From: Iphione sp. A-MEVVRFRX5
Lineage: Eukaryota
Direction: 5' to 3'
NCBI GenBank assembly: GCA_976226885.1
Contig: OZ320317.1
Coordinates: 79,794,001-79,858,000, forward strand
DNA: 64,000 nt
In this document: piece by piece, positions 51,647 to 64,000 of the stretch
Numbering within the stretch: the first letter of the stretch is position 1
How the letters are laid out: every line of letters starts with the position of its first letter
Notes under the pieces: model-generated
What the model saw: only the letters and a program-made list of their open reading frames with translations
What the model was told of the DNA's origin: nothing
Databases searched by the model: none
Position numbers and translations under genes: made by a program

Positions 51647-52198
51647 CAGGGTCCCCTCTCAAATTTCATTTTCCAATTCCCTGAGTTTTCCCTGTGCCAT
51701 GGCAGTTTTCCCTGTGTTGGTTTCTGTACAACTTTATATGACAGGGCTTTGAATTATCAATTACAATTCAAGTTTGTTGTTCTCTAGCATGTAATATGTA
51801 TCCTTTTTGTTTCATAAGTTACAAGGTCCAGTGTCAGGTACAGAACTGTGAAAATTAGAACTATAATTTCTTTTATATTCTCAATTCCATGACTTAGACT
51901 AATTCCAGTGTGAATAGGTCATCATGCTATCAGAAAGCCAAAGGAAAATAGAAGCAGTTAATGTTTGTGACTGCCATGAAGTATTTCTTACCATTTGATG
52001 ACTTATGGATAATTTTCTAACTAATGATGTTGACCTTGTCTTAAAGGAAAAAAAGATCTATGATTTTTGTTTTTGATTTTCAGAATTTTTTCGCTATGTT
52101 TTCCCTGTTTGCCCCAAATTTTCAAATTCCCTGTGTTTTCAAAGACAGGGAATTTTTTGGGCCATTTTCCCTGTTTTCCCAGTGCAGTGGGGACCCTG
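51647..52198. mobile_element. hAT-like MITE (552 bp) with a 6-bp target duplication
   Basis: Perfect 10-bp TIR CAGGGTCCCC. ATCAAT lies directly on both flanks (51641-51646 and 52199-52204). Repeated TTCCCTG subterminal words. Confidence 0.75.
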
Positions 52199-54365
52199 AT
52201 CAATGCAACCACTTGAGCTTGGTCCCAAGTGGTGGTCACAAAAAGGGTTTCAACTGTACATTTAAATGAAGGGTGAATTTGGAAGAGGCAAGGTTGGGAA
52301 ACGCCAAAATTAAGACAATAACTTAAGTAATAAGAATGTTTCTTCCATACGTGTACATAGATTCTCCCCCCCCAAAAAAAAGAAATAAAACAAATAAATA
52401 AATAAATAAAAATTAGTGGGTTACTTGAACTTACCAGTGAAATGTGACCTTGACTTTTTACCAGGAGGTGAACACAGGTGTCTAGCTGAGAATAGTACAG
52501 GTGGCGCCACCACAGGCAGTCATGCTCATTACACTCACTATTTAAAGTCAGGAATTTCTCGAAATAATTTTATTTATTTATAAGCCAGGATATCAATATA
52601 ATGGTACTTGGCTTGGATTCTATGAACATAAAAGTTCCACAATTCAATCACATCTTGTAGTCATTTATTACATTATATGTAGACAATCTGTGACATCATA
52701 TGTACAAAAAGACTATACAAAATATACAAACGTTGACAAAACTGAAACACGATTTCCTCTGACATGAAATATATATGTTTATGGATCAATGAACCGTACG
52801 GAAGTATTATTACATATCCCTCAGCACGGTCAGCATTTCAACATGAAATCAGGAGGGGTAGGACCATTTGCGTTCTATTATCCTGCATGACCATAGTAAA
52901 AGCAAGTGTTTTCCTTCAGTCTAACTCTAGCGTGCAAACAAAATAAAGAAATTGCTGTAGAAGTGTCTATAAATAGCTGTATGTACATGTGTAGTTACTA
53001 TCATCACACCATTATGCACAAGACATCATCCAAATCCTAACACTCCATAAGCTGCTACTGCCTCTAGCTTCGATTCACACGAGTAGAATTGCGCTTCATA
53101 TATCTTGCAAGTGTTTTCTTGACACCTTCCAACAGGTTAAGCATCCCATGCGATAGGTGCGAGTTTATTTCCATTTTAGTGAATTTTAATTCATGATTTT
53201 TGCTCTAACTGACCCTTTCCAAGATTTGTTTACAATGAAACACCCCTTTATCACTCGCAGGATTATATGCGTGAACATGGAATACTTTTCTACCAGAACA
53301 GCATGCCTGTACAGAATCTGTTTGATAATCAATATGATAAACCCTTGAACAGATAAACTTCAAATCTCAAGGTATACAGGTATTCAAAATTTGTCCGTTA
53401 TTTTGCAATGCGCATGTGCAGGATATATACAGGAGTTGGCAGTACGGGAGAACAACTGGTCAGTCCAAAGAAAAACATGACTACAAAAAGCTGCCTTTAA
53501 CATGTCGACAACAAAACCAAGAATGATTCATATTTATGACTCACGGACGATCAAACTTATACATAACGGAGATAATACACTTGACTTATTTGGAGAGAAA
53601 TGCTGACCATCAAACTGCAAGAACGTAAGTACGCCTACACTAGGACAGTAAAGGCATTACTACATAATGAGAGAAAGACCAGACTTGTTACCAGCTGGAG
53701 TTGGATACAACCAAAATGTCGACTTTTCAAAGTTCCTGTCATGAGAAGCCACAGAGATCGATAACAGCCAACACAGAGGCTGCGCTGTGGGGTGTCAGGG
53801 AGCAATAGTCAGATGCACTGTGGCCTGTGGCTTGGTAGTGGCTAAGGGTAGATGATTGGTTGTTTGTAGTGGAGCAGACAAGCAAAGGCTTAGCCGATGG
53901 TTGTCTGGGTGGTTATATGCAGGTGGGACAGTTACAGGGTGTATGCCTTTGGTTGAGAGGGCACTGACCGCGGGATGAGATAAGTTCTGCACAGCAGGAG
54001 ACTGCCTGGTAAACTTGCAGGGTCACAGTGTCAACAGGTGGCTGCTAGCAGGTAAGATGACAGAGATCTACATACAAATCATAGATGTCTTCCCAGTGAC
54101 TGACTAGCAACTTAGTGGTCACGGCATGGGTGCAATGGCTACCGGCAGATAAGAAATAACACTAATCCGCATGGAAAGTTTGACGGTCCTACAGGTAAAC
54201 TCACTGGTATGTTAACATGGTTGGGACTGTGACACTGGGTGCCTGCCAGTGTATACGATGCTGATACGATGAGACAGAGACAGTCGGTGGGTGATGGGTA
54301 GGCTGGTGAGAAGTCCTCGTGGCCCACTTTCTATCCTAAAATGATGGGTAATCAGTATTCTTCAG

Positions 54366-54756
54366 ATAACCATGGGTGCCAAGCAGGATCCATCCTGCAG
54401 AGGTTGTCGTGACTGTTATCTATAATCATGGGTGCAAGGCAAGAACCATCCTGCGGAGGTTGTCGTGACTGTAATCTATAACCATGGGTGCCAGGCAGGA
54501 TCCATCCTGCAGAGTTTGTCGTGACTGTTATCTATAACCATGGGTGCCAGGCAAGAACCATCCTGCAGAGGTTGTCATGACTGTTCTTATCTGTAACCAT
54601 GGGTGCCAGGCAGGATCCATCTGGCAGAGGTTGTCGTGACTGTAATCTATAACCATGGGTGCCAGGCAAGAACCATCCTGCAGAGGTTGTCGTGACTGTT
54701 ATCTATAACCATGGGTGCCAGGCAGGATCCATCCTGCAGAGGTTGTCGTGACTGTT
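54366..54756. repeat. 56-bp minisatellite, ~7 copies, with alternating A/B variants
   Basis: Units start at 54366, 54422, 54478, 54534, 54593, 54649 and 54705. The core alternates GCAGGATCC and GCAAGAACC. Confidence 0.95.
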
Positions 54757-55092
54757 GGCAGCTGCCACCAAGGTGCTCACTTTACTCTCTGCACTCTCGA
54801 AGGTGGCGAGATCTGTTGAGGGAGAAAAGTAAAGGAGAACGAAAATTAAATAACAATTAAGATATGATAGCAGAGTTGGGCAAGTTTCCTTTGTTACATC
54901 TTAAGTGTTGATTCAACTAGTCCTTTAAGCTGTGAGTAGTGTAGCACCTAGCATTCAGTCCCTAACTGGAAGGGGTGATGAGAAAAACGCCTCGTCTCTA
55001 ATATATTCAACCTTTAAACATTAACACAAATCGATGAATAATCAAAAGATAGAAAAAGAGTGTGGACCTGTGAGGTCCCTATTGTCCCCCAG

Positions 55093-55252
55093 NNNNNNNN
55101 NNNNNNNNNNNNNNNNNNNNNNNNNNNNNNNNNNNNNNNNNNNNNNNNNNNNNNNNNNNNNNNNNNNNNNNNNNNNNNNNNNNNNNNNNNNNNNNNNNNN
55201 NNNNNNNNNNNNNNNNNNNNNNNNNNNNNNNNNNNNNNNNNNNNNNNNNNNN
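55093..55252. other. Assembly gap (160 N)
   Basis: Run of N. Confidence 1.
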
Positions 55253-55319
55253 CCATCTTGATTGGTACCTTGTTTTGGGGTGGTTGGCTGGGCTTATGCC
55301 CTTCAGGTTTACAACTCTT

Positions 55320-55416
55320 GGTTCTGCCTCACTGAGCACCAGACTACTACAAACCCTCAGTTCTGCATGACTGAGCACAGCTCTTTCGGTTCTGCCTCAA
55401 TGAGCACCAGACTACT
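55320..55416. repeat. Short imperfect tandem repeat
   Basis: GGTTCTGCCTCA(C/A)TGAGCACCAGACTACT at 55320 and 55388, with a partial copy between them. Confidence 0.75.
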
Positions 55417-56676
55417 GGTAGAAGGGAGATATTGTTGAGTGTGTATGTGTGCATGTATGTGCATTGTCAGACCTAGGAAACCCTAAACCAGGTATGTATG
55501 TTTGTAGGTGTGTTAGCAAAAGAGTAAAATTTACATAATTTCACTTTTAAAATACTTGAATTATGACCAAAATTATACAGTGCCATGGGGCATTGTACAC
55601 AAATATCATATCTTAAAATCAGGTCTTTTGAGTCTTATAAGACCCACAAGAGTGTGACGGATGGTCGGGACAACAGCTGGTAGCATTCCTAATGTCCCTC
55701 CCTCTATGAGGCGGGGGACAAAAATAAATAACACATAAAGTAGTTTGTGAGAATTCTAAATGCTGTATGGCTTCAACTTAGAAACCTTCAATTTTTTCAC
55801 ACTACTGCTGTACAAACTACGTTTAAAGTTTCATTTCTAATATCGATCTTGTATAAAGGTAGGCTGCATTGACATGTAATTGGGTTAACAGCACCCTGAA
55901 GACGATCATCCCGTTGGTGTCGGATTACACTGTTTATAGGCTAGTTGGAGCGAACAGGCCTATTACAGCGACTCCCGTTCATTAGTGACAGAATCTCAGA
56001 AGGTATATTTCTACTAATCAGTTGGGTGAGTTGTCCTTTCGTACGTGCATTCTAACAGTGGCATCCTCGCTAAAAACAAGGCAGAAACAAAGCCACCCCT
56101 GGTACCATACGCAATGCCAGTCGCGGAGATATGCAGGGTGCACGTGACCAGTGGAGCCGCAGACACTCCGGGTCTGCTTCTAGAGCCCGAGGACGCGGGC
56201 AAGGACGCGGAGCCGAGCCCGGAAGGTCAGCAGTCGGCAAGCCATCCTCTACGACCACAATGAGCAACTATTACTTTTGTTTACGGCGACCTACAACAAC
56301 GGGGGGTGGGGGGTGCAGCGTGGTCGATAAGACGAGGGGGAAGGCGGCGGGGGTGGTCGGGGGAGGGGGGGGGATTGGTGAGGGCGAACCGGGCTAATGA
56401 AGCCACTTGTCGGGCTTGATAACACACCTGGCCGCTACCAAGGAGGAGGAAGGGGGCTTGAGCTGGCGTGACCCAAGCTATAGCACATCCCTGTGGTCCT
56501 GTGGCACAGAAGAGCCGGGAAGAGGAAGGGGTCATCCTCGCACTAAATACAACGGGAAGACAGGACCCCAAGACGAATATGTCAACGCACGAATACATGT
56601 ACAAAATGAACAGCTGTAATATTAGTCCATGGGGAGAGATCAGAACCAGGCATATCCACAGGCAGGCAGACAGACC

Positions 56677-56712
<36 letters not shown>
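56677..56712. repeat. (GACA)9 microsatellite
   Basis: Perfect tetranucleotide run. Confidence 0.95.
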
Positions 56713-56829
56713 GTCAAATAGACAAGCAGATAAAGGGTCGGGCAGAAAAACAAGACAGTGGGACACAGTTAACGAACGAAAAGCCAACACTATCTTTGGT
56801 GAAACACCGCAGAGATCCCGCTAATGAGC

Positions 56830-57480
56830 CTCATCTAGTATCGGTGGTGGTTACATAGGGCCCGAGGAGACGTGACCCTGCTATCCGACCATCGCCGCCG
56901 CCGCGGGCGCCGACGTCGGGCGGCCGGGACCCCGTCGACACAGGGCGCGGCAGTAGCGAGCGGCATGTGGGACTCGCATGTCTGCGCCACCAAACGGCTT
57001 CCTGCATCAATACAATTAGGACGTAGAGACATCCATCATGTTGTTGCCGGAGCCTGCCTTGTCCGATCACTTCCCCCCGCCCCCCCCTCCTCCCTCCCCC
57101 AGGCGTCCCCAATCAAACTCATCCACCCACCCGCCCCCCAGGCCCACCACGACAGCTCGTTGTGGACTCACGCCGGGCGTTGTTTCGAAGGTGCTCCACT
57201 CTTCTCTCCGTTCACATCCACCACCCCTCCCCCTCTACAAAACCAACCAACCCCGTCCTGCTGGAGAGCCGTTTAATGTACGCCGCCGAACACACACAGC
57301 TGGCGGTCGCCGGCGTCGCAGCCGGCGCGCTCAGCCGCCCGCAAATGGCGGCAACATGGCCGCTTGCCGACGTAAACACAAGGACCACAAAGACGGCCGT
57401 GGCCTGCCGCTCCTAGCGCGCGGTCCGCCGCCGCCGCCGTCGACCGCTACCGTCTCATTCATACCCCATATCCGACAAAT
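56830..57480. promoter_or_regulatory. CpG island, candidate promoter
   Basis: Very high GC and CpG content. Tandem YY1-like CAAATGGCGGCAACATGGCCGC at 57342-57363. Strong minus-strand donors nearby: GTGAGT at 57171-57166 and GTAAGT at 58030-58025. Confidence 0.45.
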
Positions 57481-58849
57481 CGATACGAAACTTGAAAGTA
57501 TTTCGCTTGTTTCCAGCATGGGGTATTGGTTCTTGCGGGGAGGCTGCCGGCTCCCTTCAATAAGATTACAGACGTCGTTCGGTGCATTGCAACAAGATTC
57601 CAAGGGCGTTTTTGATCAATCTCCCCCACCCACCGCCTCTCCACCATCATCCACATTAAACAAAGTCTCGGTCCCTGGGTACTTAATCAGCATTTCAAGA
57701 TTTCGCCTACCAAGCCAGTCTTCACTTGTCTGTTGCTGCCAACCTTTCCCGTATACCCCTTGGATCACCTTCACTCAGTATGTGTCTGTATCGTCTTTGT
57801 CTGTCTCTCTGTCTGTCTGTGGAGACAGACAAACAGACAGACAACATGTCTCTCTCTGTCTCTCTGTCTCTGTCTCTGTCTCTCTCTCGTTTCTTATCTT
57901 TTCCTGTCCCCTCCCCCTCCCTCCTCTACCTCCCACCCTCTCATCCTCCATCCATCCCCGAGCACCATCGCCAACTGTCTATGGCGCGCGTCCCAACACG
58001 ACAGCCGACTGCCCGTCAGCGAGAACTTACGGCCGGGGTGAACTCTCAAGACGCTGCATCGAGAACCTTTGGTCACAGGCAAATTGACCATCACCGAGAC
58101 GTGGCCCCGAACGGCCGGACCTTCCCGCCTGAGCGTGAGAACAGATCGATAACATCCACGGGTGAGAGCGAGGAGGGGGGGGGGGAAGAGAGACGGCGGT
58201 TTAGGTGGCGCTTGAGGAGTCCAGTACCTCTTGTTTTGGGTTTTTTTTGTTTTTGATTTTAAACTACCGTCTACCTCAAGGCCATAACTTCAGCCCCCAC
58301 TCCTCCCTCGCATCCTTTCGAGCAGCTCCCATCTGCTCACTGGAGAAGGTTGAGCAATCGATGGGCTGACCGACCCGCTTCCTCGTCCCCTTTGCACGGA
58401 ACACCGGTGTTGGGTAAGCAGGAGAACAACACGGCGGGCCGATTAACCCATCCCACACGGGGCACCAACACGGGCTCCACCGTAAACAATGCTTCACAAC
58501 CAACAGGTTGGTTGTAAGGACAGGCTGTCAAGCCATGTAGGACCCCCCCCCCCCCCCTGTTGACAGGCTAACCATACATAGAGGCCCTCCTCTGGGTGCG
58601 GGGCGTTGACAGCCCGATAAAATATACAGACATGGTCTGGGGGAGCCTAAGAATATATGATGTGAGGGAAACCCCTAGCATGCACTGGCGATGACCTCCG
58701 GGATGATATTTCCCAAGAGGGAGTAGTGGTGGGGCTCGCCTAAGTAACCCTCGCCATTCATGCGCCCATCACACGGGCACGGCTGCGTGAATTTGCATTG
58801 AATGGCATAAAAAAAAAACAACAACCTATGTGTATGGTAACTCGGGCTT

Positions 58850-59004
58850 NNNNNNNNNNNNNNNNNNNNNNNNNNNNNNNNNNNNNNNNNNNNNNNNNNN
58901 NNNNNNNNNNNNNNNNNNNNNNNNNNNNNNNNNNNNNNNNNNNNNNNNNNNNNNNNNNNNNNNNNNNNNNNNNNNNNNNNNNNNNNNNNNNNNNNNNNNN
59001 NNNN
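58850..59004. other. Assembly gap (155 N)
   Basis: Run of N. Confidence 1.
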
Positions 59005-62000
59005 TGTCGGTGTCGGTGTGGCTGACAGCAGCGAGTCCCGGGTGTCACAGGCCCTGGAGGAGCCCGGAGGCTGGCTGTATGGGCTGCCTGGTGGAGATAA
59101 GACGGTACAGGACCCAACACTGGGTACCGATAGGGGTAGCACACCACCCAATCCCCGGAGCCAATCTCCTGACTTGCCGCACGCGCCGCCCCAAGGAGCC
59201 CGAGGTGCTACCCGTGAAAGACAAGAAAGTCGAGGGAATTCTCAATGCATCAACTTCAAGTGACGCCTGTAATGTATACCTAAACACTAACAAGCCCTCG
59301 AAGTTTGCGACATAACCGGTGCTTTGAGAAGATTTAATTGCTTTTAAGGACACAACACCTTGTCAAATTAACTCACATAGGACATGTACATGTGGGCGAA
59401 ATCACAGTACTGTGTAAGTTTTCTTCCACGTTAAGCTTGTGGTTACCTTTCAACAATGATGTGACAGATGATATTTATGCTACACGTATACAAACTACTT
59501 AATTTGGCGGGTCTTATTTGACATCAGACCATATGTCATTCCGGTCTTCAGAAAGTTCACTATTCAGTTTCTTAAAGCAAAGCACAATATGCCGCTGAGT
59601 AATGGGTAGGAATAGAGTAGGGTAGCATTTCCATCGTAAGCAGTATGTGGAAAAAGTAGTTTGCTTCAGGTGCAGTCATAACTGCAGTAGGCGACAAGAA
59701 CCCTTCTCCATCTTTCTTCCCTTCCCCTCGTGCTTCGTCACGGCCTTCTCCTGCTCCTCCTGCTCTAAACTGCACATACATCAATATCCTATTCCTACAC
59801 AAATACACTGTACCAGACCAGTGCTCATTTCCACAGTGGTTTTATTATATTCTCATATGAATGAGAACAGCTTCTTCGTCTGCCTAGTATTGCACTCAAG
59901 GCCCCTTCTTTTGACGAAGTTCTGGAGTGGCTCCAGCCACCTAAACACCCATTCAATCCTTACAGTTAAAAAAAATACGTCTCAATCCGGGTATTTAGGC
60001 AATCCCACTCCATTCGATTTTATGTATATTATACCGACCATATACCTGCACTAAATCAACCTTATTCTTGCTGTTTCATCAATCTGACCGCACCAGTAAG
60101 CGGCCCTGTATAAGCACCGGTGTCACGGTTTCGTATAAAACTGCTCTAGTAGTCGCTGAATCGGGCCATTAAAAATTCAAATTGGAGGCCAGGACATCTC
60201 CAGTACCACAACCCCAAATTGGCCGCTGCCCTAACCTCCTCTACCGAGGATCGATAAGGGGAGATGGATGCACGCAGGCCGTCGTGGGGCCGGTCAGATA
60301 TGGCGGTCAAATAGGACGCACTGCTGGTGGCGCCTCTGGTGGCAGCCAGGGATCGCCACTGGGGGATCGGAGGGCGGACGAACGGCCGTGTAAAGATCCA
60401 CTTGATAAAGCCTTACAGGGTCGCCACGGTGAGAGGAAGAGGGACAGCGGGAGGGGAGGGGAGGGGAAGGGGGAGAGGAGGCAGAGAGTGAGGATGAAAG
60501 AAAGAGAGGGGATGGGCACAAGTGTGGACGGCAGACGGAGAAACACGGAAAAGAAACAGAGAAAGAAAAGGTCAGCCAAAGAGGTATACGGCCAGACTGG
60601 CAGACAGACTTACGGACAGACAGGCACACAACCTGACAAGGAAACAGACTGGCACAGACAGGAGAGGAGGGGGAGGGACGAACTAGACGTGTGGATCATA
60701 ACTAGTACGAAACAAAAACAAGAGAAGGCGGCGGCAAACGCTGAGACCGAAGATAGAAAGTCAGTGGCACACCGACTGCAGAGTTATGGCAATGCAAATA
60801 CACCCGGTGCAGAGAAATGAAGAAGAGTACAAGGTCACAAAGGCTTGCTCTAAAATAAAATACAGACTCGGTGACCTCTGCAGAAACCTGATTCTTATAG
60901 CCCGTAACGGTACTTCGGGTCTGACTCGGTGACCTCAACGCTGAAGTGATTCTATTGGCCCCAACGGTAATGCGGTTTCGCTCAGACCAACGTATTATGC
61001 ACGCCTTTGGCACCCCTTGTATATTCCGATCTCGCCAAAGCAGCACGCCAAGAAAGTATCATGAGGTTGTGTTCCCTCTCTCGTCTATTTTTAGCTTTCA
61101 AATCACTGACCGTTCGTACTGCACTACGTACAAAGGCTTCGAACGGAAACAGCGGGCAGGGGGGAAGGGGGAGGGGGGGCTGAGTTTGAATATGAGTTGT
61201 AATAACGAGAGCATAAAACGCCTGGACGAGGAAAGTAGAGCTACATGTACTGCTTTTGCCCAGAGTGGGCTGGAACTCTGCCTGGTATGGGCTCCTGGCA
61301 GCAACTTCAGCCAAGCAGCCTGGTGCAGGAAGGGCTAATTGGGACTGCGTGTACGTCTGGGTGCGGCTCGAATATGACGACCGAGCCAGGTGTGTATCAC
61401 AAAGTCTTTGACTGATTGAGACTGCTCATAATCATCTGATTCAAACCAGTTAGGACTGGTCCAAGCCAACAAGCTTAATTAAGAGCCGCTAAGAGGCAAT
61501 GGGGTTGAATACAGGTCCTTTAAAGTTTAGTCAAGGTCGGGCAGGTCATTGCTAACTAAAACCTGTTTGTCCAAGGGGGACGACATTAACACTGAGTTGC
61601 ATCTGGTTAGGTCTCAGCAGGCCCAGTCATTTAAAGTTTGGGGCCAGTCATTTCAAGTTGGTGGGGGGGGGGGGGGAGGTGGTGCCGAACACGACCACAA
61701 GACACTAGGTTCAGTGAAAGCCGCACAAATGAGGACTCTGAGGCTACCAGCCGGGAGGACCTCGAATGGCAGTCATTATGTGGATTACAAGCTTGGCCTT
61801 TGGGCTCTGGGAGTTATCCTCTGAGCGATGTGCTATCTGCCGGCCGGCACGTGTGGTCTGTGTTTCTGAATGTTGCCACCGAGGGCGGGGGAAGTGGGGG
61901 TTCACCGAATCACAGCCGGGCCTGCTGCACACGCTCGTGTGGACGCCGCTCTTAGCTGCTGGGGTGGGTGGTCTGGCGGAATCACACCAATTGAGAATGA

Positions 62001-62857
62001 TCATCTGTTCGTGAGACTGCAAAGAGGGAATCTGCCCCCGGCTAGCATGCAGACACCCTTGCTGCTACCTTCCCTGCTGACAACAGATACACGGCTCTAA
62101 TATCCTAACATACTCCCGAAATTGGTCTCTGGACAAAAAAAGAAGAGAAGACGCGAGCCTTGTATGGGCGTCCTGGTGGGAGTTTGGTGTTCTGTGTGAG
62201 AGGTGTTTTTCAGGCACTTTCCCAAAACATTTCCCACTGTGAGCGGTCCGGTCCTTTTTTTTAGAGAGAGGACGCATGTTTTGTGGCCGGCTTCGGGGGC
62301 CTCCACAGAAGTCCGTTTCGTAAGGCCTGAGGAAATAAATCCGTTTTTTATGCCCTGCGGTCACGTGTCGCCTGTAAAAGACCATGGCCGACTAAATAAA
62401 GAAAAAGCGGGCGTCTTCCTGCACTTGGTGTCGTGTCCGTGTTAATTTTGCTGCCATCTCTCAAGTCGCTTAAGGACTGTCCGCCGCCGTTTGAAATTAA
62501 GCCTCTGCAAGGGCAACGCAAGAAGGAGAAGCAGGTCTTCTTATCAAAAGAAGGTCCTTGGAGAATGTAACCTAGACAACCATTAGCGCGGGCTTTAATA
62601 AAGGGCGCTGGACCTTAACTCTGATTATCTTGATTTCCAGGCTTTCAAGAACGCGAAAGTCAGCCTGTAGCATCAGAAGTGAAGTAACGTCCATGTATTG
62701 CAGTTCTGTGTTGTCTCCAGTAAGGGCGGAACTAAGTCATTTTGAAGGTGGGGGACATTAAATTTTCTCGCTGGTATTCAGTTATGATTTCCTGCCTTTT
62801 TTTGTTTCCCTGCCACTGTATTTGCCACGTGGCATACAAACTACTCCCTCCGGCCTT

Positions 62858-62871
62858 CGACTAGGTGGCGC
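62858..62871 (+). promoter_or_regulatory. CTCF-like motif
   Basis: CGACTAGGTGGCGC, close to the CCACYAGGTGGCGC consensus. Similar sites lie at 10600-10613 (-), 12122-12135 (+) and 23728-23741 (+). Confidence 0.45.
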
Positions 62872-64000
62872 CATAACTGAACACAAACCACGTCCCGCGA
62901 GAGACCGAGCGAGAAACCGCGAGACCAGACGTCTCCAACAGCGAGAGGAATTAGCGTCTATTAGACGCTTAAAGAGATGCCGTTAGTAGAAATGTAACTT
63001 ACGATGAGGGAGAACGAAATCTCATCAATCTTATGATCTACACTTCTTTCCAACCAAAACTGAACGTTTCAAGAATGCAATATGATCCTAACAGCACCCT
63101 ATCTCCTATCCTTAACTCTCCATTATGGAGAAAGTGAGGCCTCAAGTAGGAAAATGATATCAGCCCGGTTATTGCAGTGGCAGAGTCTACACTAGCTCTG
63201 TTGTCTGCAGAAGTAACTCGTTTGTCACGATTTTTTTTTAAAAAAAGAGGGGCGGGGACTCATCTATATAAGGCTAAAAGAAAACCACGATTACTCAACA
63301 CCGCGGCCAGAAGCGCAAGAGACAAGCGGTTCGCAACCTTGGTAGACTGAAAAGATTGCGTGCCGTTTGGCCGACTTCCATTACAAAATACACCGCCTGC
63401 CATTCATCAGGCATTCTTTACGCCTCGTCTAGATGTAACACACTTTCCGTTTCAGGCCCCCGCATATTCCGTGTGCGTGCCGCCAAACGGGCCGTGTTTT
63501 ACAGCCCAACCACCGGCCGCCTTCCGGCAGACCTGCGGTGACAATCAATATTTCCTTTACCAACGCCGTTCGCGGAGGACGTAGGGGAAACAATGGCGAC
63601 TAAAATCAAGTTTCTCGGCCAACGACCAGATGTGTCATTCGGTCACATCCATCACGGGTGACGCCAGCCCAGCCTTGTTTGCCCTGCAACATCAACCCCT
63701 AACCTACAAACCTGATCGCTTAAACAAGCGCAAATCCCGAGGAGTAGATATGACAAGCCTTGATTAAAAGGCCACTTAAATATGCACACACTCTGAAAGT
63801 CGCAGGATATGCAAATATCCTCCACTTGCCAGAAACGAGCCATCACATACTATTTCGGTGAAATGTAGATGGACTGTTTATAAGAACTTCCTTTTGAATC
63901 CATCTACACTATGCATGTACATGTACATGCACTTCGATTACGCCTTTAACGAAAGTGTCGTTTAAAGCTACATGTAGCTAGGGAATGCTTACAAAGCTTT

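Noticed and set aside
54366-54756. 56-bp array as CRISPR or as a coding repeat
   Set aside because: No unique spacers. The period is not a multiple of 3, so the frame shifts each unit and stops appear.
57038-58087. 349-aa ORF as a gene
   Set aside because: Open because of GC richness and TC/TGTC microsatellites; proline-rich and simple-sequence translation with no domain.
60182-60820. 212-aa R/G/E-rich ORF
   Set aside because: Derived from GA- and GACA-rich low-complexity sequence; no recognisable domain.

Overview
Animal genomic DNA, probably an invertebrate bilaterian (inferred from the transposon families, CTCF-like motifs and mosaic CpG content), from a draft assembly with three N-gaps. 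I recognise no intact protein-coding gene; the long ORFs in the track are microsatellite or low-complexity artefacts. The window has two faces. Positions ~35-56 kb are a CpG-poor transposon graveyard: decayed CR1/L2- and Rex1-like LINEs, a full-length but dead Tigger/pogo transposon, MITEs of the Tc1/pogo, piggyBac and hAT types (some nested), a probable solo LTR and two minisatellites with dimeric higher-order structure. Positions ~0-35 kb and 56-64 kb carry many CpG-rich islands with regulatory motifs; the left domain also holds two PIF/Harbinger MITEs and further LINE fragments. The clearest signal is a textbook heat-shock promoter at the left edge (three perfect HSEs, TATA and initiator on the minus strand) whose gene lies outside the window. 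Also notable: a palindromic double CRE upstream of a TATA box at 17.3 kb, a series of CTCF-like sites, and an in-phase three-exon Cys-rich ORF candidate at 36.5-37.4 kb. All protein-family assignments come from motif recall, not database searches.
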